In this document: positions 57,054 through 64,000 of the stretch, one piece after another
Position numbering within the stretch: position 1 is the first letter of the stretch
How the letters are laid out: every line of letters begins with the position of its first letter
NCBI RefSeq assembly: GCF_009914755.1
Contig: NC_060929.1
Strand: one strand, 5' to 3'
DNA from: the human T2T-CHM13v2.0 reference genome, Homo sapiens
DNA: 64,000 nucleotides
Position numbers and translations under genes: made by a program
Notes under the pieces: generated by a model
Databases searched by the model: none
Seen by the model: only the letters and a program-made list of their open reading frames with translations
Told to the model about the DNA's origin: nothing

Positions 57054-58129
57054 TAGAGGCTTGAGATATGTGATTTTACCTGAATTTCCACCTCTAACAA
57101 AATTTCATCAGGATGTTTTAATTTTTTGAAGCAGAATGTTCACACAATTCAGCATTAAATGTCTAAAAAAACAGCACCTAGATACTCAAAATTATGTCAG
57201 TTATAACTAATTTGAGAATATCAGTTCATGTATTTGGGATTTTCCTGTTACTCTTATCATTTCAAGCTTTTTCATTTTTACCTGTGTTTTGCCAGTACAT
57301 GTAATACCCTATTTATATTATACCTGATATATGTACCTAATGATATATCTGGGGAGAAACTCATAGAGAAAAAGAATTTTATAAGCAAAGTCAATTTTTT
57401 CCTGAGTGAAATTCACATCTACCTTTTCAAATGATTTCAGAGAAGATAATAAACTTTGTCAATACAGTACAATTGATTCCATTTGCCTGTTATTATTTTA
57501 TAAGAATGGCCCATCTCCAAAGAAATTATCAAATTGACCATGAAGAAATCCACACTGACATTAATATTGGCATCAGTATAACAGAAAATAAGGTAGTCTG
57601 CTCTCTTCCAGCTGGATAGACAACAGCCTGAGACAGGAGACTAATATTTTCAGTAAATAATATGATGAGTTAATTTACTTTGAATCCTTTGTGAAGAGAA
57701 AGATTTATCATGACTGTAATCCTGTCGAGTTAGGTTTTTTAACATTTTTATTTTACCAATTCTCAAAGCAATCTTTGCTAGATTTGAACTGAGTATGTGG
57801 GTCACAAGTACTCCCTTTTGGCTTGCTATGTGACTGCTTGGACTGTTCTCCTGGGAACCTGGGTTGGGATCATGTAGGAAATGGAACAACCATTTTTGGA
57901 TTTTTAGCTTAAGGCCTTCAGTAGAAGCCACTCTGAGACAACTACTCCATCATTCATCTTTCTGGAGTCCTGCTCTAGAAACCTGTGAGGATGCTTAACC
58001 TATGAGGATGAAAGCTATTGCCAATCAAAGAACATACCCACGTCCATTAGAAGTACAGATATATAGTAGAGAAAAGGTGCACCCTGTCTTAGAATTCTCC
58101 AGAGAAACAGAAACGATAGAATGCATATA

Positions 58130-60791
58130 CAATTAAATAACGTGGGTTTGAGCTGTGCAGGTTCACAAATCCATCGATTTTTTTTCCAATCGGGGTACTG
58201 AAAAATTTTGGAGATTTGCAACAATTAAAAAAAAACCTTCCAGACAAACCATGTGGCTTAGAAATATCAAAAGAAAAGTTTAAAAGGTTACATATGTCAT
58301 GAATGCATAAAATATACGTAGATACTATTTTATCATTTACTACCATAAAATATGTACAATTTTTTATAAAAAATTAAAATTTTTCAAAACTTATGTACAC
58401 ACTTAGACCATACACGGTACCATTCACAGTTGAGAGAAATGTAAACAAATGTAAAGATGCAGTATTAAATCATAACTGCATAAAATTAACTGTCCATACT
58501 ACACAACTGTAATAATTTTAATGCCACCTCCTCTTGCTAATTCAAGTGTTGTGCCAGCTTAAAATGCTGAGTGATGCTAAACCTTTCTGTGTGAGCAATT
58601 CCTTTCTCCAGTAAATTGCATATTATGGTAAAAAATTATCTCTCATAGTTCTCATATATTTTTTATTATGTTTAGTGCAATACTGTAAACCTGGAATAAC
58701 ACCATGGGGCCCATATGAAGTACCACTAGTCATGCTGGTAGTGCTCCCAAGAAGCAGAGAAAAGTCATGAAAATATAAGAAAAAGTTGAATTGCTTGGTA
58801 CGTACTATAGATTGAGATCTGTAGCTGTGGTTGCCTGCATTTGAAGATAAATGAATTCAGTGTAAAGACAAATGTTAAAAAGAAAACGATGTTCATGAAG
58901 CCATCACTGCAGCTATGTGAGCAGGCATAGAAGCCTTGCACTTTCTGCAAAATACCTTTTTATCGTGTATTGAAAATGCAGCTTTAATATGGGTGTAGAA
59001 TTTCTATAAGGAAGGCATACCTATAGACTCTCATGTAAGTCAAGAAAAGGGGAAGTCCTAAAGGAAGGTGAAGGGTTGAAAGCTGATGAATTCAATGTCA
59101 GCAAAGGATGGTTCGATAATTTTAGAAAATGATTTGGCTTAAAAATGTAGGATAACAGGAAAAGCAGCTTCTTTGCTAACCAAGAGGCAGCAGATGATTT
59201 CCCAGATACCATTAAGAAAATCATTGAGGAGAAAGAATATGTTCCTGAACAGGTTTTCAATGCAGATGAAAGTACTCTATTTGGGGGGGAAAAAGACCAT
59301 AAAAAACATTTGTTAATAAAGAGAAATGAGCACCAGGATTTTAGGCAGGAAGGAACAGGCTGACTACTATTTTGTGCCAGTGCAGTTGACTTTATGATCA
59401 GGACTGTCCTTATCTATAAAGCTGCAAAACACCAAGCCTTGGAGGAAAAAGATAAACACTAGCTGCCATTCTCTTAGTTATACATGAAGGCCTGGACAAT
59501 GAGAATCCCTTTTCTGGACTGGTGTCATTGATGTTTTGTCCCTGAAGTCAGAAAATACCTTGCCAATAAGGGACTGCCTTTGAAGTTCTTCTGATATTGG
59601 ACAATGGCCCTGGCCACCCAGACCTCATGAGTTCAACACTAAAAGCATCAGAGTGGGCTACTTGCCCTCAAACACAACATCTCTAATACAGCTTCAAGAT
59701 AAAGGGATCATATGGATTTTTAAGGCTCATTACACACAGTACTCTATGGAAAGGATTATTAACACTACGAAAGAAAACCCCGATAGAGGGAATATCATGA
59801 AAATCTGGAAGAATTACAACATTGAAGATGCCATCATTGTTATAGAAAAAGCCACAAAAGCCATTAAGCCATCAAGCCAAAAATAACAAATTCTGCTGGA
59901 GAAAACTGTGCCCAGATGTTGTTTGTGACTTCACAGGATTTACAACAGAGACAATCAAGGAAATCATGAAAGAGACTGTGGATATGACAAAAAAAGGTGG
60001 GGACTGAAGCTTTCCAGATACGAATCTTGGAGAAACTCAAGAGCTAATAAACATCACACCAGAGGAATTAACAGAAGATGACTTGATATGGATGAGTGCT
60101 TCTGAATCAGTGTCCAGAAGAAGAAAAAAGACACACAAGAAGCAGTGCCAGAAAATAAATTGACATTAGACAGTCTCTCAGTCTCGCGGAAGTGTTCTGA
60201 TTATTCAAGACTGCTTTTGACTTATTTTATGACATGGATGCATCTATGATTCAAGCACTGAAACTACAGCAAATGGTAGAAGGATTGGTATTGAATAGAA
60301 ATCTTTTTTAAAAAACAAAAAAGCACTAATTCAGACTGAACTTATGATGCATTTCTGTAAAGTGACACCAAGTATGTCTCCCTCTCCTGCTTCCCCTTTC
60401 ACGTCCTCCATCTCTGCCATCTCTGCCACCTCCGCCACCCCCAAGACAGCAAGACCAACCCCTCCTCTTCCGTCTTCCTCCTCCTCAGCCTACTCAATAT
60501 GAAGGTAATGAGAATGAAGACATTTATGATGATCCACTTCCACATAATGAATAATAGATTTTCTCTTTTCTATAAATTTAATAACATTTTTCTCTAGTTT
60601 ACTTTATTCCAAGAATACAATTTGTAATACATATACCAAATACTTATCAACTGTCTTTATGTTATCAGTAAGGCTTTTAGTCAACAATAGGCTGTTAGTA
60701 AAGTTTTTGGAGAGTCAAAAATTATACATGGCTATTTTACTGGACAGGAGGCTTGGCACCCCTAACCCCCAAGTTTTTCAAGGGTATATTC
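58130..60791 (+). mobile_element. Near full-length Tigger2 DNA transposon (~2.66 kb)
   Basis: Degenerate termini (..aacgtgggtttgagctg; cccctaacccc...ttcaagggt), TA flanks, internal pogo-like transposase remnant. Confidence 0.88.
58704..60555 (+). pseudogene. Tigger2 transposase remnant (pogo/CENP-B-like DDE)
   Basis: SAPKKQRKVM near 58740, GWFDNFRK, EQVFNADES, ILDNGPGHP, YLPSNTTSLIQLQDKGII; disrupted by stops and frameshifts. Confidence 0.85.
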
Positions 60792-62247
60792 TATTAATGA
60801 TTTTTCCAATATATGATTTATTATAAGAAATTGACTTACATGATTATGGAGGCTGGGAAGTCCCAGAATCTGCTTTCTGCAAGCTAGGATCCAGATAGCC
60901 AATGGTGGAGTTCTGAGAACTAAAAGGTGAAGGGCTAAGCAAGCCCCAGTTGAGGGCAGAAGATTGAGGTTCCAGCTCAAACAGTCCGATAGAGAGAGTG
61001 AATTCCTCCTTCCTCTGCCATTGTTTCCTATGGCAGCTCTATTGGATTTGGAAGATGCCTATGCACATTGGGAAAGGTCATTTTCTCTACTCAGTCCACT
61101 GATTCAAATGCTAATTTCTTATTGAAACACTCTTACACACACACACACCGAGAAATAATGTTTAATCCAGGCACCCCATGTCCCAATTAATTGAGATGTA
61201 AAATTAACCATCACCTACCCAAAGAGCAGTCTGAGGAGTGGAAGAAGAAATAACAAAGTAACAACCAGAGAAAGGAAACATTCCCTTCCATTTATACTTA
61301 CTGTATTCTTTATTGTTAAAACCTACATGCCACAATGGTGTTTCTGAAGATTCCATTTTTCTATTTAGATATAAGTTTCCAGCAGGTTGAAAATAAATTT
61401 AAACAGAAAGTTGTATGTATTCCATAGATCAGTAGTCCTTTACTTAGCGTAGGAGAATCAGCTCATTTGCTAAAAATTATTTGCAAAATAGTATGAATAT
61501 GCATTTATCTTAACAGAGGATTCTTAGCTTTCATCAAATCCTCATTGGGTCTATTTTTAAAAAAACTACAACACAGACAATATTAAGGATGACTGTTGTA
61601 CTTCTTTGTGTGTTTTTTTTTTCCTGTTGTCTGTCATATTTCTTTCACTGTTGTGGAGTTTCTTTGGCACAGGGAAAGTATTCGCTTCTGGCTTTCTCAA
61701 CCTATAAGTCTAGCGCAATTTTCATTGTTCCTCAGATCCAAATCTTTACTTTCAAAGATTTTTTCACCTTCCACTTCACATAGAAAAAAAGTCACATGAT
61801 GTTATCATTTCAACTTAAAAAGTGCTTTTTCTCAACAGGGTAACTTTTTTTCTAAAAAGTTAGAGCAGGTCCCTCATATTCTCCAATATTTATTTATCCA
61901 CCCCGAGCATCAAGCACATTTCTCCAATTTTCAGAGAATCCCAGCTACCGTAATTAATGCATTTCCTCAAGCCTTGTCAATTTTACCTATGCCTTAATGT
62001 AAATTGTCACCTTCTTGTGAAATTCACCTTTCTCCCTTACAAATACATACTTCAAAATTTATACCAACAAAAATGCCAATTAGAATGAGTCTAACTCTAA
62101 GATAACTAGAAGAAAGCATAATTAAATCTCACATTAGTAGAAGAAAGGTACCTTTCAACATTAAAGAAAGAAAAGGTCAAAAAGAAGAATAAGAATATAT
62201 TTCAACATACAAATTAAAAGAAAAAAAACTTATGACTTTTAAAGTAA

Positions 62248-62413
62248 GCCAGGTGTGGTGGTGTAGGCCTGTAGTCCCCACTACTTGTGAGGCTGAGTTG
62301 TGAGGATGGCTGGAAGTCAGGACTTTGAGGCAGCAGTGAGCCATAATTGCACCGTTGCACTCCAGCCTCAGCAACAGAGTGAGATCTTCTCTCCAAAAAC
62401 AAAAACAAAAAAA
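62248..62413 (+). mobile_element. Alu right-arm monomer (FRAM/AluJ)
   Basis: gcctgtagtccc...gcactccagcct...A tail. Confidence 0.85.
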
Positions 62414-62454
62414 TGTAATGTTAAATTGAATTTACTGATGAAATACAAACAAAA

Positions 62455-62837
<383 letters not shown>

Positions 62838-62934
62838 TTACAAATCAATATCTTATGAAGATATGCCAAAGTATTTTTCCAAAATAAAATACATAAAGAG
62901 GATGAGAAGTTAATTTACATACCAAAAAAGTACA

Positions 62935-63060
62935 AATTTATTCTTGCATTCAAAAAAGATAGTTTGAAAGTCTACCTTGTATCAGGTACTGTTTTAGGGG
63001 TTATTGAGAGAACAATAACCATAACAAAAGAGAAAAGAGCTTATGTTCTAATAGGAATAG
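62935..63060 (-). mobile_element. L2 3' fragment
   Basis: ctaccttgtatcaggtactgttttagg...gagcttatgttctaatagg. Confidence 0.45.
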
Positions 63061-63077
63061 ACTAAAAATAAAGAAGG

Positions 63078-63109
<32 letters not shown>
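63078..63109. repeat. (TA)n(TG)n microsatellite
   Basis: Direct reading. Confidence 0.9.
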
Positions 63110-63249
63110 CATATGGTATGGCACTACGTCTTCTAAAGTTGTTTTTAAGTAAAGAAAAAAACTACGTTAGTTGGAAGTAAGTTAACAATAAATATAATCA
63201 ACCTCAGCTTATATCAAAGTATAATTAAAGTAACAATATAATTCAATTA

Positions 63250-63566
<317 letters not shown>

Positions 63567-63599
63567 ATAATTTAATTATTCACTTAAATATTTTTCAAG

Positions 63600-64000
63600 G
63601 TTTTAAAAATATAATAATACCAGTGTGGGTGTGAGTGAGGAGAGATGGTTACTTAAAACCTGCTGGTGACAGCGTAAATTAGTGGAGTCTGTCTGGAAAA
63701 ACAACATGGCCATATGCTGAAAGTGCCTTTTGAGGATCTAAGATTTTATTTCAGCAATAGCATTTTTAGAAATTTATCCTGCAGAAAAAAAACACACTGA
63801 ACAAGTGGGAAAAGATGAATACAGATGCTCCTCAACTTACCATGGCATGATATCCCAATAAGCCAGGTAAAGTCAAAAAAATCATAAATCCAACTGTCGT
63901 AGGCCAGGGACCGTCTCCAAGTAAAGATGTTTATTACAGCACTAGTTTAAAAAGCTAAATCAGGAGGCCAGCTAAATGATGAAGAATAGGGTTAATAAAA
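63600..64000 (+). mobile_element. Old L1M fragment
   Basis: tgctggtg...gtaaattagt...cagcaat...atttatcct...gatgtttattacagcactagttt. Confidence 0.6.
63822..63917 (+). mobile_element. MER47C-like short Tigger derivative
   Basis: TA|cagatgctcctcaacttac...gggaccgtct; same termini family as MER47A at 15.6 kb; ~96 bp. Confidence 0.75.

Larger units (their letters stand above)
58085..61215 (-). mobile_element. MLT2 solo LTR split by Tigger2 (parts 58085-58129 and 60792-61215)
   Basis: tgtcttag...ctccagagaaacagaa and ...aaaattaaccatcac termini; TSD caccc/taccc. Confidence 0.82.

Overview
AT-rich, gene-free primate genomic DNA (intergenic or deep intronic). L1PA, AluS/Y-type and MER11 elements point to a catarrhine, probably human or ape. 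I find no intact host CDS, RNA gene, CpG island or CRISPR array. The longer ORFs with recognisable products derive from L1 ORF2, MaLR internal sequence, ERVL pol, Tigger2 transposase or Alu. More than half the window is nested transposable elements: THE1, MST and MLT1 MaLRs, MER11, L1PA/L1M, an ERVL (LTR16/HERV16-like) provirus, a near full-length Tigger2, Alus, and MIR/L2/MER DNA fossils. Subfamily names are from recalled consensus sequences, not a database search. The most notable sequence-level signals are (1) an L1 3' transduction with two poly(A) tails and a perfect 17-bp TSD, (2) locally templated insertions (direct and inverted) clustered at 23-27 kb, (3) a twin-primed 5'-inverted L1 with visible priming homology, and (4) a THE1 provirus with about 1.3 kb deleted. 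I see no support for a new multi-gene biological system.
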